Assembly (NCBI RefSeq): GCF_036365525.1
Contig: NC_090382.1
Coordinates: 111,386,372-111,450,371 of the forward strand
From: Heterodontus francisci
Taxonomy: Eukaryota
Length of the DNA: 64,000 nucleotides
Reading direction: 5' to 3'
Shown: positions 24,683-38,852 of the stretch, in pieces
Numbering within the stretch: the first letter of the stretch is position 1
Layout of the letters: each line of letters begins with the position of its first letter
Notes under the pieces: model-generated
The model's input: only the letters and a program-made list of their open reading frames with translations
Told to the model about the DNA's origin: nothing
Databases searched by the model: none
Translations under genes and position numbers: made by a program

Positions 24683-24780
24683 GTGTAGTTATAGGCTGAG
24701 ACACTTTGTGTCGCTGTCTACCAATAAGGTGATGAAATTTAGCAAGAGATCTACCACCCATACCCCCACACCAGGGGGAG
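24683..24780 (+). promoter_or_regulatory. cPcdh promoter 2 with CSE and CCAAT box
   Basis: GTGTAGTTATAGGCTGAGACACTTTGTGTCGCTGTCTACCAATAAGG; CGCT at 24712-24715. Confidence 0.9.
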
Positions 24781-24943
24781 GATGCAGACGCATTGCTGGC
24801 GCTTACGTGAACCAAGCGAACATCTCCTCGGCCGCTCTTCTTTCTTTTCCAAACCGTGTCCTGAATCGCATGGTTTATTTGAGATTATTGTAATTCACGT
24901 TAATAACACTGATGAGCTTCGAAAAATGTACCCTGCAAAAGAA

Positions 24944-27427
24944 ATGTCACATTCAGACAGTCGTTGGATGCTGAGGAAGCTCGCGATACCGTCCATATTT
25001 TTGCTTTGTGTCTGGAATGTGGCTTCGGGACAGGTTCGATACTCCATTCCCGAAGAACAAGAGCACGGTGCTTTTATAGGAAAAATCGCAGAAGATTTGG
25101 GATTGAGCGTGGAGGAACTAAAGCGCCGTAGATTCAGGGTTGTTTCTGATTCACCAACACAATATTTGGATGTAAATCTGAAGAATGGAATCTTATTTGT
25201 AGAAAAAAGAATAGACAGGGAACAACTCTGTGGGCAGAGCCTGGCCTGTTTTCTGCTTTTAGAAGTGGTAATTGAAAATCCTGTGGAACAGTATCGTGCC
25301 GAGGTCGAAATTCTGGATATAAATGACAATTCTCCCAGATTCCCGGTTCGTGAAATATGTTTGGAAATTGCTGAATCTGCGACACCTGGAGCGCGCTTTC
25401 TGTTGCAGGGCGCGCACGACCCTGACGTGCAAGTCAATTCCCTTCGCACATACCAGTTGACTGCGAATGACCATTTCCTTTTAGATGTACAAGTTCGCGG
25501 GGAAACGAAATTACCCGAATTAGTGCTGGAAAAGACGCTGGACCGAGAAAAACAATTCCAGCACAAGCTATTGCTTACAGCTATTGACGGCGGATCTCCA
25601 GAGAGGACAGGTACCACCCATGTAACTATTACTGTCTTGGACATTAATGATAATGCACCAGTCTTCGAACAGTCGTTGTATACTGTTAGTCTAAAGGAAA
25701 ATGTGCCATTGGGCACTTTGGTGATTAAACTTAACGCTACTGATTTGGATGAGGGGTCCAACAATGACATCGTTTATTCTTTCAGCAACTACAATAAAGA
25801 GAGGGTTCGTGAACTATTTAGCATTGATCCCATATCGGGTGAAATCAAGATAAATGGAATATTGGACTGTGAAGAAGCAAGTATTCATGAAATTGATGTG
25901 GAAGCTAAGGATAGAGGTTTGTACCCGTTAGCCACACACTGTAATGTTCAGGTGAATGTCAAGGATTTGAACGATAACGCTCCTAATATCACCCTAAATT
26001 CTGTTGCTAAAGTAATACGTGAGGATGCTTCGACGGGAACATTGATAGCTTTAATCAATGCGAGGGACAAGGATTCCCATGAAAACGGACGCGTTGATTG
26101 CCACATATCGCCAAACCTCCCGTTTCTTCTCAAATCGTCCTTTAAGAATTCATACAGGTTAGTGTCAAATGATTTATTGGACCGGGAACGTGCTCCTGAA
26201 TATAAAATAATGATTAAGTGCAAGGACCGCGGAACTCCTCCACTGACTACCAACAAAACCATAGTTGTGCACATTACAGATATAAACGACAACGCACCTA
26301 GATTTCCCCTATCTTCATACACCGTTTATGTAATGGAAAACAATGCACCCGGAAGCTCCATTGGGGCAGTGACGGCTTTCGACGCTGATACGGACCAGAA
26401 CTCCCACCTTTCTTACTATGTTCAGGAGAGCCAAATGCAGGGGGCACCAATAACGTCATATGTCTCCATCAACGCTGAAAATGGTGTCATCTACGCGCAG
26501 CGGACGTTTGATTACGAGCAACTTAAAAGTTTTCAAGTTCACATTCAAGCTCAAGATGGTGGAGTTCCATTGCTTTCCAATACTGTTACTGTGAAAGTGA
26601 TGATCCTTGATAAGAATGACAACCGTCCTGTAATAATAGCACCCGGGTCAATGAACCACAGCAAGATAGCTGTGCCTCGATCTGCAGATCCGCGATTCCT
26701 GGTGACCAAGATAATTGCTTCCGATGCTGATTCTGGTCAAAATGCCCGGCTTTTCTATCAGATTGTGGGAGCCACTGAACCCAGTTTGTTTACAGTTTCA
26801 CATAATTCAGGCGAAGTGCGAACGGCTCGTCATTTTAAGGATAGCGATGCCACAACACAACAGCTCGTTCTACAGGTGAGAGACAATGGACATCCACCCC
26901 TCTCTGTCACGACTACTGTTACGCTTACACTAACTGAGCAGAGCGCTGAAATTCGCTCAAACTTTGGTGAGCCCTACAAGGATTTACAACACTCTTCTGA
27001 TTTAGCATTTTATATAGTAATTCCTTTGGGGGTGATATCGTTCATACTTTTAGTTGTTATAATAACTCTTGTTGCCATCATTTGGCCAGTTAACAGATAC
27101 CCTGCTTGCTCTGGGAGTTTTTCCATTGCGAAATGTTGCTGCATCAGTGAGCACGAATCCAAGGACAGATTCCAAAATTCGAAAGTCAACCTGCAGATTG
27201 TGCCGGATCATAAAATGATTGCAAATATCCTTGAAGTACAAGGGAATGGGTCCTTTTCAGATGCATACTACTACAGAGTTCGTTCGGCGCCACGAGATAC
27301 CACCCAGAGCATGTTCGTCACACCATTCAGTCCAGTAACATCAGGAACTAATGAGAGGAATAACAGAACAGCTGTGTCAGAAGTTAATGGAAAAGTAACC
27401 AATGACTGGCTTGATAAAACTAATAAG
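24944..27427 (+). CDS. Clustered protocadherin variable exon 2
   Basis: Start chosen at the ATG homologous to exon 1 (CCCTGCAAAAGAA-ATG); ASG|QVRYSIPEE, IDREQLCGQSLAC, six EC repeats, TM, AAG|GTGAGT phase-0 donor. Confidence 0.96.
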
Positions 27428-28222
27428 GTGAGTAGTATACACTGAAACAAAGCAAATGCTTACGTATAAATAGATATTGCGGCAACGCACAGCTAATCGA
27501 CGAGGAGGGGTAAACGAGCAGGTGCTGATCTATCTCAATATCCCATGCTTTATTTTCTGATATAATAGCTTTGATTTGTTTACCAATTTAACCCACTTTC
27601 ACTTGAGGCAATTCAAAGAAGTATACTAGAACAGCATTTCATTAGTTCCCAACAGCTGATAATACCTTAAATCGTTGGATAACCTAAGGTACGAAGAGAA
27701 GTAAGCCAAGAGGTAGGTTTTAATTGGCATCTATGAGTACAAAGCTCATTTAATGAATCGTTTAGGATGTAGTGATAAAAAAACATGTAGTAATTTGACG
27801 TACTTTTGCAATAACTGGCAATTGTTCGCTATAAGCCAAAAGTCACAAATGTCAACCACTTTTGTAGTATCTGCCCGTTCTGATTAGTACTGATGAAATC
27901 TAAACCAAGATATCATATTGTGCTGCATTTTCTAGTCATTTCGTCTGTATCATAGACATTATTAATTTAAAAATCGTCAGTCACTGTCTCTTATAGAACA
28001 CCCCAAAATCAGGCATATTTGGGGGGAAAACGCAATCTTATTTGACACTATAAATTACCCAACTGGGATGATCTTCAATACTGGTTTACTCAAGTTTCAT
28101 GGTCAGACTTTAGTTTTGCTTCTCTGATTGTCGACACTGGATCTTATTTTCTATTCAATCTTTTCAACATTCCACCATCTCCTTGAATATGTATTCTTTG
28201 AACGACATGGGCAACTTCATCA

Positions 28223-28878
28223 AAGAACAAAGAACAAAGAAAATTACAGCACAGGAACAGGCCCTTCGGCCCTCCAAGCCTGCGCCGATCCAGATCCTCT
28301 ATCTAAACATGACGCCTATTTTCTAAGGGTCTGTATCTCTTTACTTCCTGCCCATTCATGTATCTGTCTAGATACATCTTAAAAGACTCTATCGTGCCCG
28401 CTTCTACCACCTCCGCAGGCAACGCGTTCCAGGCACCCACCACCCTCTGCGTAAAGAACTTTCCACGCATATCCCCACCAAACCTTTCCCCTTTCACTTT
28501 GAACTCGTGACCCCTAGTAATTGAATCCCCCACTCTGGGAAAAAGCTTCTTGCTATCCACCCTGTCTATACCTCTCATGATCTTGTACACCTCAATCAGA
28601 TCCCCCCTCAGCCTCCGTCTTTCTAATGAAAATAATCCTAATCTACTCAACCTCTCTTCATAGCTAGCGCCCTCCATACCAGGCAACATCCTGGTGAACC
28701 TCCTCTGCACCCTCTCCAAAGCATCCACATCCTTTTGGTAATGTGGCGACCAGAACTGCACGCAGTATTCCAAATGTGGCCGAACCAAAGTCCTATACAA
28801 ATGTAACATGACCTGCCAACTCTTGTACTCAATACCCCGTCCGATGAAGGAAAGCATGCCGTATGCCTTCTTGACCAC
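28223..28878 (-). mobile_element. Young 5'-truncated CR1 LINE 3' end
   Basis: Uninterrupted 191-aa C-terminal ORF2 (LVRPHLEYCVQFWSP, RGDLIEVYKIM) and (TTCTTTG)n tail. Confidence 0.95.
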
Positions 28879-29499
28879 TCAATATGAAGCATCTTCGGCC
28901 AACAACTGCATCTTGGCTGGTAACTTCTGTAACCTCAGAATTAAAAGTGCTCACCCTCTCTTTACTGAAAAAAAGTGTATAACCGACTGTTTCACTGTTC
29001 CTCAAAAATTCATTCCTTTCAACTAATGCTGGCTCTAATTACAGCCTTATTTGTTTCCCTCATTTGAGGTCAAATAAGTAAAGACATCGCAGGGATCAAA
29101 CCCGGCACCTTGTTGTTCTATGCAGCTGATCGCGTTTCTATGCCAACTACATCAGTTACTGACGGGACCCTTAGTATTTCATATGGATGTTCAATTTTCT
29201 AACAATACAAAAATTAATGTTGATCTGTCACTTACATTCCCTCCTCTTTCACGAATGTTAATAACATTGCCAAAGACACTTCCTCGATTACTTCTTTCAA
29301 TTGTAGCGCTGTGATCCGCATCATATTTTGTTCTTCCAAGCCCATCGAACCATGTACCCACTAGGGTCCATAAGGCTTCTGGACTTGTGACATCCCTTAT
29401 GTTGTCATAAGGAAATGCATATTATAACTTGCCCTGTCCCATACCGTTCCCCCCTCATTTCCCAAAGGACTTTCCAGTGCTGGTTCTATGTACCACGAC

Positions 29500-29815
29500 T
29501 ACTGTTTCTCGTATGTATCCCGTATATGTGGACGGCCATGGTCTTACGCTTAGAACCAAGCCATTTAGGAAGGAAATCGAGAAGCACGTTTTCATGTCAC
29601 GCGGAATTCTCTCCCTAAAAAGGCTTGGGTTGTTGGGATAATTGGAGTTTTCATGACGAAGATGTACAGATTTTGTTCGGTAAGGCAACAAGGTACATAG
29701 AGCGAAGATGGGCAAATGGAGTTGTGGTCCGGATTAACTATAAGCTAATTAAATGGCAGAGCAGGCTTGAGGGATTGAATGGCTTTATACTTTTCTTATG
29801 TTCCGATGTTCTTTC
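29500..29815 (+). mobile_element. Degenerate CR1 3' end
   Basis: GGCAGAGCAGGCTTGAGGGATTGAATGGC 3' UTR motif and TTCTTATGTTC tail. Confidence 0.6.
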
Positions 29816-30884
29816 AGGGTAGAAGATTACTCATGCCCGTCTTTTTGCTAAGAAGTGTGATCACACTTCCCTTCTCTGTTGATAATTCCACTCTATGTTC
29901 ATCACCTTTCGTCATATACTAAAGGATATGGAAAGTTATTTTATCAGCAGCATTCTTAAAACACGAATTTAAGTTTTTGACATAACCCAGGAATGGAGCA
30001 TTATAATTTGTTTCACTAGTTTACTTCTAAGGAGACATAGTTAGTACATAGCTGTAGTGCTTTGCCAATTGTTACTGCCTCGTATCTTTGATGATAATTA
30101 GGTTTTTTTTACATATTTTTGCCATTTATTTTTACATCAGATAGAACTGGCATATCAACTCCAGTGGTAAAACTGCCCACCAAAGTTGTGCCGTCTCATT
30201 ATTACTGACCACTTACTTTGGCCAAAACAACTTTTCCATGATTTAGAGCGCAAGTCAGTCTGCAAGACTTGAATACTACGCTTGATAGGTAATCCATGCC
30301 ATGCCTTTTATCCGAACACGCTCTTCAAACATCCCAGTTGCTAATCTGTAACGTTCCACATCAGGTACCAAAATGGAGTGGTTTCGCAGACGTAGTTTGG
30401 TCAAATTTGAAGTGCTACAGCGCAACACTGCGATTTGGAGAATGTGGTGGGTCGACGTGCGAAGAGTGTAATTGCTACACTGTAAATATTCAGACAGGCT
30501 GTTTGAAAAACGATCCAGTTTAATCCACTCTGCTGCTCTTTCCCCTTTAGCCTGCAAATGTTTCCTTTTCAAGTATATATCTCCGATTCCATTTAAAAAG
30601 TGACTACTGAATATGCTTCCAGCAGGCAGTACTTCCTAAATCACAACAACACGCTGCACAAAAAAATGATCTTCAGAAATGTAGACACCAATTTATAATC
30701 GGAAAACGTTCATAAAAATGTGAAAAATGTGACTTACAAATTATTGTTTGGAGTAAGGAAGTTTATGCAAATACAGCAGAGTTAATAAAATATACATTCC
30801 ATTTTTAATTATTTGTTATAGTTAAAAAGTAAATTTTTTGACCAGTTTGAAAATCTGAGAAGTAGAAGAGTTTCCAGCGCTAGT

Positions 30885-32270
30885 GTGTTTTGTTTAATTC
30901 ATTCATGGGGTATGGGTATACCAGGCAAGGCCAGCATGTATTGCTCATCCCTAATTGCTCTTGAGAAAATAGTGGTGAGCCACCTTCTGAGCTATTGCAG
31001 TCCTTGTGGTGCATGTACACCCACAGTGCTGTTAGGTAGTAAGTTCCAGGAATTTTATACAATGACGATAAAAGAATGGTGATTTGTTTCCAATTCAAGA
31101 TGATAAATTACTTGGAGGGGAATTTGTAGCTGGTGGTGTTCCCAAGCGCCTGCTGCCCACGTCTTTCTGAGTGCTGGAGGTTGCATGTTTCGAAGGTGTT
31201 GTCGAAGAAACATTGTTGTGTTGCTGTGGTTTATTTTGTACACGATAAATACTGCAGCCACAGTGCACTGTTAGTGGAAGGCGTGGATATTTGACGTAAT
31301 AGATTGGGTACTAATCCAGCGAATTGCTGTATCCTGAATAGTGTCGAGCTTCTTGAGTTTTACTGGAGGTGCACTCATCCAAGCAACTGGAGAGTGTACC
31401 ATTACACTCTTGACTTGTGCCTTGTAAAGACTTTGGCGAGTCAGGAAGTGAGTTAGTCACCACAGAACACCCAGCCTCTGACCTGCTCTTGTAGCCACTG
31501 CATTTATATGGTTCATTTAATTAATTTTGTGATCGATGGTGACCCACAGGATGTTGATGGTGGGGATTCAATAATGGTAATTTCATTGAAATTCAAGGTG
31601 AGGTGCTTAGACTCTCTCTTGTTGAGATGACAATTACCTGGCACTTGTGTGGTGCGAATGATACCTGCCAATTATCGATCCAAGCTTGAATGTTGCCTAT
31701 GGCGTGTGGCATGCAGGCACGGACTGTTTCATTATCTGAGAAGTTGGGAATGGTACAAAACACTGTGTAATCATCAGCGAACATCCCCACTTCTGGCCTG
31801 ATGTTGGAGGAAAACAGCTGAAGATGGTTGGGTCGAGCAGACTGCCCTGATGAATGAGATGAATGGCGAACCGCAACCACAACCATTTTCCTTTGAGCAG
31901 GCATATCTCCAACCAGGGGAGAGGCTCCCTTTAATTATCATTGACTTCAATTTTGCTCGGGCTCCTTGATGCCAGACTCAGCCAAAAACTACCTTGATGT
32001 CAATGACAGTCATTCTTACCTTTACTCTGGAATTCAGCTCTTTTGTCCATGTTTGGATGAAGGCTGTATTGAGGGCTGGAGCCAACTGGTTGTGGCAGAA
32101 CCCAAAGTGAGCAATAGTAAGTGCTGCTTGATAGCGTTGTCAATGCTACCTTCCATCACTTTTCTCATGAAAAGAGGGGGTTACAGGATTTTGTAATTGG
32201 CCAGATTGAATTTGGCCTGCTTTTTGTGCACAGGACATACCTGGGCAATTCTTCACTTTGTCAGCATTTT
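30885..32270 (-). mobile_element. Degenerate L2/CR1-type LINE whose 3' tail matches the Deu-like SINEs
   Basis: EVGMFADDYTVF…WQVSFAPHKCQ RT peptide; 3' end CAAGGCCAGCATGTATTGCTCATCCCTAATTGCTCTTGAG. Confidence 0.75.
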
Positions 32271-34092
32271 TCTTGTTCTAGTCTGAAACATTGTGTCAGA
32301 TTGATAACCTATAATTAAATAATAGTTTCGAATTTTGAAATGATGTCAATGTAGAACCATTTGAGTTTAGTCAGATTAAGTTGTAATTTACAAAATTATT
32401 CAAAGACGTTCCACACAACAATTATACCATGCCCAACTGTGATCATCCTAAATGCTGCACATTACCTGCTACTTAAATTTTGCAGTAATTTGATACAATC
32501 TTGGACTTTTAGCATACGTCTTGTAGTCTGATGCATCTTTGTAAAACTCTGCGAAAAATTTTATTGTGTGCTCAGAGAAATTAAATGTACTGTCAGGTGC
32601 AAGCTTGTTGTTTCTCAAAGCGGCAGGTTGTTATGCTCACTGACAAATTATTTTTATTATAATTATGCTTTCTGAGCTTTCACGATATGCTTCTCCGCAC
32701 TTAACGTCTGGTCACGCAAGTTTGAATCTTCACCCCCATTTGCTTAGCTGGGCTGGCTTATTATACACAGCAATGGCTTTGCACATTAGATTTAAGACCA
32801 AATGCATTCTTTAGTAAACTTGAGATAGAGATTGGGAGCAACAGCACGAGGATGTACAGCTATCATTCAGTACCATTTTAAAGTCATAACATCTGCTCTT
32901 ACTTTTATATGGCACGTTGGTTTTATTTCATTAGTTGCAATCAAATAGAAAACTTGAGGGAAATTTTGGGAAGGAGGGAAATAGCCGTGTTTGCAGCATG
33001 GAGGTTTATCGACTGCAGTGGCTCAGGAACAAAACTGAACCACTCGAGCACTACCTCAAGATGCAAAGTGTAATTACAAGGTGGCAAGTTCACATAAGCA
33101 ATTCTAATTGTAAACCTGAACGTAGGAAATTATCATATCAAAAGTTGGCACTGAAGTGCGCCAAAAACGTCAAAAAATAAATACCACTCTAGACAGGAAG
33201 TGTATATGTCATAAGATTGATGAATATACTACACATGCCATCATACTTCACATCATAGTGTGAACTATTTAATTTTACTAAAATATTTAATGCTTCATAT
33301 TTTCAAAATCTACTGTTTTAGATTTGAGTTTGTCGAAAATGCTGTAAGGTTTGATTCAGGCACATTTATTCCACCACACTAATATGATACCGCAACCATA
33401 AAGTTCCACTTAGTACTGAATAGTCAATTATCTAGAATAATCATTTCTGAATTGCAGCCAGTGGGGGGGAAATATTAATGTATGGACAGATACATCAAAA
33501 CTGCATTTTTGCAAAATTGTTTATCATTCAATGTAACCCAATCATTGCTTGAAACCGCATGAAGCATTATAGGTTCGAAATTCTAATACTTCTTGCAACC
33601 TTCAGGAAGGGAGGTTTGCACACTATCCGTTGACCGACAGGGATATGTCTCTGACCTCGACGCGAAGTAAAACGTCAAATCTTATTTCAGCAACATAACT
33701 GACACTCGAATATCAAAACAACTTTAATGCTAAAGTGAAGAACAATGATGAACTTTAAATCGGCGGTTTTTTTCTGGTGTTACAATTTACTCTACTTTCA
33801 ATTAATACTCGCTTAGTTGAGGAACATGTTTCTTCGATTGGAAGTTATACAACGAGGTAAGTTTTAAGATATCTTATCAAGTCACATTAATATGCGAATT
33901 CTGCTACCAAAGATACAATAAAAGAACTTCATGATGGCAATTGTTCATTTCTTGCCGCTCAGATAAACGGAAACGTGGTCGGAATACAGATACAACTATT
34001 TCATACGCTACATCTATTCTGGACCTGTATGAATACTGACCAAAAAGTTAGAATTTCAACATTTTAAGTGAAGTTTAGCTTTAATATTATCT

Positions 34093-34195
34093 CAGTGCAG
34101 TTATAGGCCGAGACTCTTTGTGTCGCTGTCTACCAATAAGGAGATGAAATACAGCTGGTGATCCACCACCCATCCCCCAACACCCGGGAAAGGCA
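34093..34195 (+). promoter_or_regulatory. cPcdh promoter 3 with CSE and CCAAT box
   Basis: CAGTGCAGTTATAGGCCGAGACTCTTTGTGTCGCTGTCTACCAATAAGG; CGCT at 34124-34127. Confidence 0.9.
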
Positions 34196-34335
34196 GCAGA
34201 AAGAATGGTGGTGTTTGCACGAATGCGGCGAGCCCATCTCCTCACAAGATCACTTCGTGTTGCCGCTACTTTGCCACAGTGATATCATCACCAAGAAGAA
34301 TTTTTGAGGTTTGGAGAAATCTTACCTGAAAAGAA

Positions 34336-36798
34336 ATGACACAATCGGGCAATCGCTGGGTGCTGAGAAAGCCAGCGATACCATCCATCGTTCTCCTTTG
34401 TGCCTGGAATCTGGTTTCAGGGCAGATTCGTTACTCCATTCCCGAAGAACTGGAGCTCGGTGCCTTTGTAGGAAAAATCGGAAAAGATTTGGGTTTGACC
34501 GTGGAGGAACTATCACGCCGTAGATTCAGAATGATATCTGCCTCGTCAATGCAATATTTGGATGTAAATCGCATGAACGGAAATTTATTTGTGAATAAAA
34601 GAATAGACAGGGAGCAACTCTGTGGCCAGAGTGTTAACTGTTTACTGCTTTTGGAAGCAGTAGTTGAAAATCCTGTGGAGCAGTACAGGGTGGAGGTTGA
34701 AATTCTAGATATTAATGATAATTCTCCGAGTTTTCCAAACAGTGAAATTCGTTTGGAAATTGCAGAATCAACGATGCCTGGAGCGCGCTTTCTCTTAGAG
34801 CACGCGAACGACCTGGACGGAGGAAACAATTCTATCCGCACATACCAGCTCACTGCAAATCAACATTTTATTTTAGATGTGCAGACTCGTGGAAAATGGA
34901 AACTACCAGAATTAGTGCTGGAGAACTTTCTAGACCGAGAAAAACAATCAAGACATCCTTTATTGCTGACAGCTCTTGACGGTGGATCTCCAGAAAGGAC
35001 AGGTACCGCACATATAACTATTATTATCTTAGACGCAAATGATAACGCACCGGTTTTCCAGAAGTCGTTGTACACTGTCAGTCTAATGGAAAACGTACCA
35101 CCAGGCACTTCAGTGATTAAACTTAACGCGATTGATATGGACGAGGGGCCTAATGGTGAGGTGGTTTATTCGTTCAGTAATTACAATGAGGAAAATATAT
35201 CTAAGATATTTAAAATTAATTCTAATTCCGGGGAGATCCAGGTGAAAGGAATATTGGATTTTGAGGAAACAAGTGTTTATGAGATTGATGTAGAAGCTAA
35301 GGACAGAAGTGCAACACCATTATCTGCCCACTGTAACGTGCGAGTTGAAATCAAAGACGTCAATGACAATCCTCCTGATTTGATTCTAAATTTAATCTCG
35401 CCTTCAGTGAGTGAGGATGTTCCGATTGGAACTCTGATAGCTTTGATCAGTGTAACAGACCAAGATTCTAATAAAAACGGATACACAGATTGTTCAATCT
35501 CTCCATACGTCCCCTTTGATTTGAAATCTTCTTTTAGAAATTCGTATAGACTCATCACGAATAATGTGCTCGACCGGGAAAGCTCTCCACAATATAAAAT
35601 AATGGTCACGTGTAAGGATCGCGGATCCCCTCCTTTATTCAGCAACAAAACAATCGTTGTGCAGATTTCAGATATAAATGACAATGCACCACGCTTTACA
35701 CAGACTTCATACACAACCTACGTGACAGAAAACAATGTACCTGGCAGTTCGATTGGGTCAGTAACAGCTTTAGATCCTGACATAGACCAAAATTCACAAG
35801 TTTCTTACGCTATTGTGGAGAACCAGCTTAAGGTAGTGCCGGTGTCTTCATATGTCTATATCAACCCGAACAATGGCACCATATATTCAAAGCGTCCATT
35901 TGATTATGAACAGCTTAAAAGTTTTCAGATCTATGTTCAAGCTCAAGATGCTGGATTGCCATTGCTTTCGAGCAATGTTGCTGTGAATGTGATTGTCCTT
36001 GATCAAAACGACAACCCTCCTGTTATAATATCACCTGGATCAAGAAATTATACCATTTCAACAGTGCCTCGATCTGCAGATCCAGGATATTTGGTAACAA
36101 AGATCATTGCTTCGGATGCTGATTCTGGTCAGAATGCTCGACTTTTCTTTCAAGTTCTGCAATCCAGTGATCCGGGTCTTTTTACAATTTCACATAACTC
36201 AGGAGAAGTAAGAAGTGTTCGGCGATTTAACGATAACGACACCATTACACAAAGGCTAATTATCCAGGTGAAAGACAAGGGATATCCAGCTCTGTCTACC
36301 ACGGTCACTGTTACATTGACAATAGTTGAGGAGAGCACAGACACTCAGGCTGATTTTGGTGAACCCCACATGGATTTAGAAGACTCACAGAGTCACACCT
36401 TTTATATAATAATTTCTTTGGGAGCAACATCGTTTGTTCTGCTGGTCGTTATAATTGTCCTTGTTGTCGCTATTTGCCCAACGGGCAGACGCCCAGTTCA
36501 TGGTCCGGTTTGCACTCGCACTAATTGTTGCTGCACCAAAGAATTAGAACATCAGAATTCAAATGTCAATCTTCAAATTGTACCGGATTCCAATTTCATT
36601 TCAAGTATTCTCGAGGTTCGTGGAAATGGATCGCTTTCAGACACCTGCAGTTATAAAATTCGGTCCGTGCCAGAATCAACTGAAATGTTTTTCACACCGT
36701 TCATTCCGCAAGTGTCGGGAACTATTGGAAGGAACACGAAGTATGTGTCGCAGCAGAATGGGAAGCCGAATTACAACTGGTCCGATCTACCCAATGAG
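34336..36798 (+). CDS. Clustered protocadherin variable exon 3
   Basis: VSG|QIRYSIPEE, IDREQLCGQSVNC, six EC repeats, TM, GAG|GTGAGT phase-0 donor. Confidence 0.97.
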
Positions 36799-38100
36799 GT
36801 GAGTAGCATAGACACACGATAACGCCGCAATGATAACAACAGCAAAAAAGACTGGAAAGGAAAGCTACTCCGGTGGCATGGATAGACAGACAGTTTAACT
36901 TCCATATACAGACCCACCTTTGTAGGCTTACAGAACTTTCTACATCTATAATCATATCTTTAGCATTTAGTTTTTCACCAATTCCCTAGAAATATCATAA
37001 TCCTTTCCGCCAAACGCCTGATTTGTCTATTTACTAAACGTAATCATTTCACTTGATGCAATCTACCAAAATATATGTTAACATTGCCCCATATTCTAAT
37101 AAGTGAAATTAAAGTATAACTTTCGGAACTTGGATGAGTAAAACAAAGTAACCATGAAAAAGTTGTTTTTGTCGCATGACTGGTTCTGCCTTTCTGATTT
37201 CTTATGTATTACAATAGTTGTTTCTGTTTGGAACGGGAGCTAAACCAACGAAATATAACAAAAATTGTGCTGCTTACACAATATGCAGCAATTCTTAAAG
37301 TTTGTTGTTTATCACGCACGCACAAAAATTAGAGAGTAGAAGGATAGTGCAGAATGACTAGAATTCTTACGGTCCCTTGCCTCATATACTAATGGGAACG
37401 CATTTAATGCATATAACAATTACCTGCATGACTATGCAGCAGGGTAGTCAACCCATTTAGTTACCTGGATGGACGTTTCATCCTCTGGCATCACAACTAC
37501 ATGGCTGTGGACCATGAACACAACTTTGTTTTTAAGGTCACTGCCTGCAACGCTTTAGGTGTTGTTGCTTTTCAAGCTACCATCGGGCAACTTGATAGGA
37601 TTGGACGTTTCTTTCATTGCACTAACGTATCCAAAATGTATTCGGGGTTCCAAATCGACATGTCGTTTCAATTTTGACATGGAGCAAGACTTGCAGAGAT
37701 ACACGCAATAGGGTGTATTTTCTACTGTTCATGCCTTCCGACAGCTTACAAAAAAAACGTTGCCCCTCATTAGAGACAATAGCTACAAAATGTTGCTCAA
37801 CAACGACAACATTTCTGTAAGATGCCAGCGAACTGTTCGCTTTCTGGCAGCTTGCAAGAAGTTAGACGTTCAGTTTTGTATTATGATCAAAACTTCTCAT
37901 TTGTGAATGCATGCAGTGTGTCGGGGGAGGATGGGGAAAGTGTCGTTAATGTGTATTAGGAACTGGCTCCCCAAAAGGCAGTCCAGGCTCAGATCAATAT
38001 AGTTATATTAAATAATAGTATCAGGGAATATTGAGCAAACATGAAATTGGGGAGCAGCTCAGTCATGATCTATTTAAATGGCGGTATAGGCTTGAGGGAT

Positions 38101-38443
38101 TAGTTTAGTTTTGTGATGCAGCACTGAAACAGGCCCTTCGGCCCACCGAGTCTGTGCCGACCATCAACCACCCACTTATACTAATCCTACACTAATCCCA
38201 TATTCCCACCACATCCCCACCTGTCCCTATATTTCCCTACCACCTACCTATACTAGGGGCAATTTATAATGGCCAATTAACCTGCAAGTTTTTGGCATGT
38301 GGGAGGAAACCGGAGCACCCGTAGGAAACCCACGCAGACACAAGGAGAACTTGCAAACTCCACACAGGCAGCATCCAGAATCGAACCCGGGTTGCTGGAG
38401 CTGTGAGGCTATGGTGCTAACCACTGCGCCACTGTGCCGCCCC
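38101..38443 (-). mobile_element. Full-length HE1-like V-SINE inserted in a CR1 3' UTR remnant
   Basis: Reverse complement of 51808-52155; flanks (…GGCTTGAGGGA | GAATAGTCTACCTCC) rejoin into a CR1 3' UTR. Confidence 0.9.
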
Positions 38444-38852
38444 GAATGAATAGTCTACCTCCTTTTCTGTAATTCCTATTGAAAAGGAACGCGAAGCGAG
38501 TAATGAAGATATCTTGAATGTGTTTAATGTGAAGGATTTCCATGTACTTGTCTTCTGTATTAAGTAATCATTCTTATAGTTGCACCACTCCTTGTTCCTC
38601 CAATTGCTTCCTGTTTGAATGCGTAATTTTGTTTGGTGTAACGTAAAGGCTGCTTAAAGAAATAGGTTTGCTGAATAGGCACAAATATTCAAGAAGACTT
38701 TGTCTCAACATTGGTTAGGAATGTTGTTGCTTATCTTGGAAGACAGGGTGTGTGCAATGTAAACCGTCATTTATAACCTATCATTATGGCTGCTGTGTTG
38801 TTGCAAGCATTCTTGTCATTGGCAGTTATATCACTTAGCAACCTACTGGACT

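Noticed and set aside
24782-24943. 54-aa N-terminal extension of exon 2 in the ORF track
   Set aside because: It starts within the promoter cassette and has no counterpart in exons 1 and 3; the homologous ATG is at 24944.
24895-25770. 291-aa antisense ORF, and similar ones at 12441-12848, 34431-34853, 35277-35714 and 61043-61465
   Set aside because: Shadow ORFs on the opposite strand of cadherin exons; they recur only because the sense exons are paralogous.
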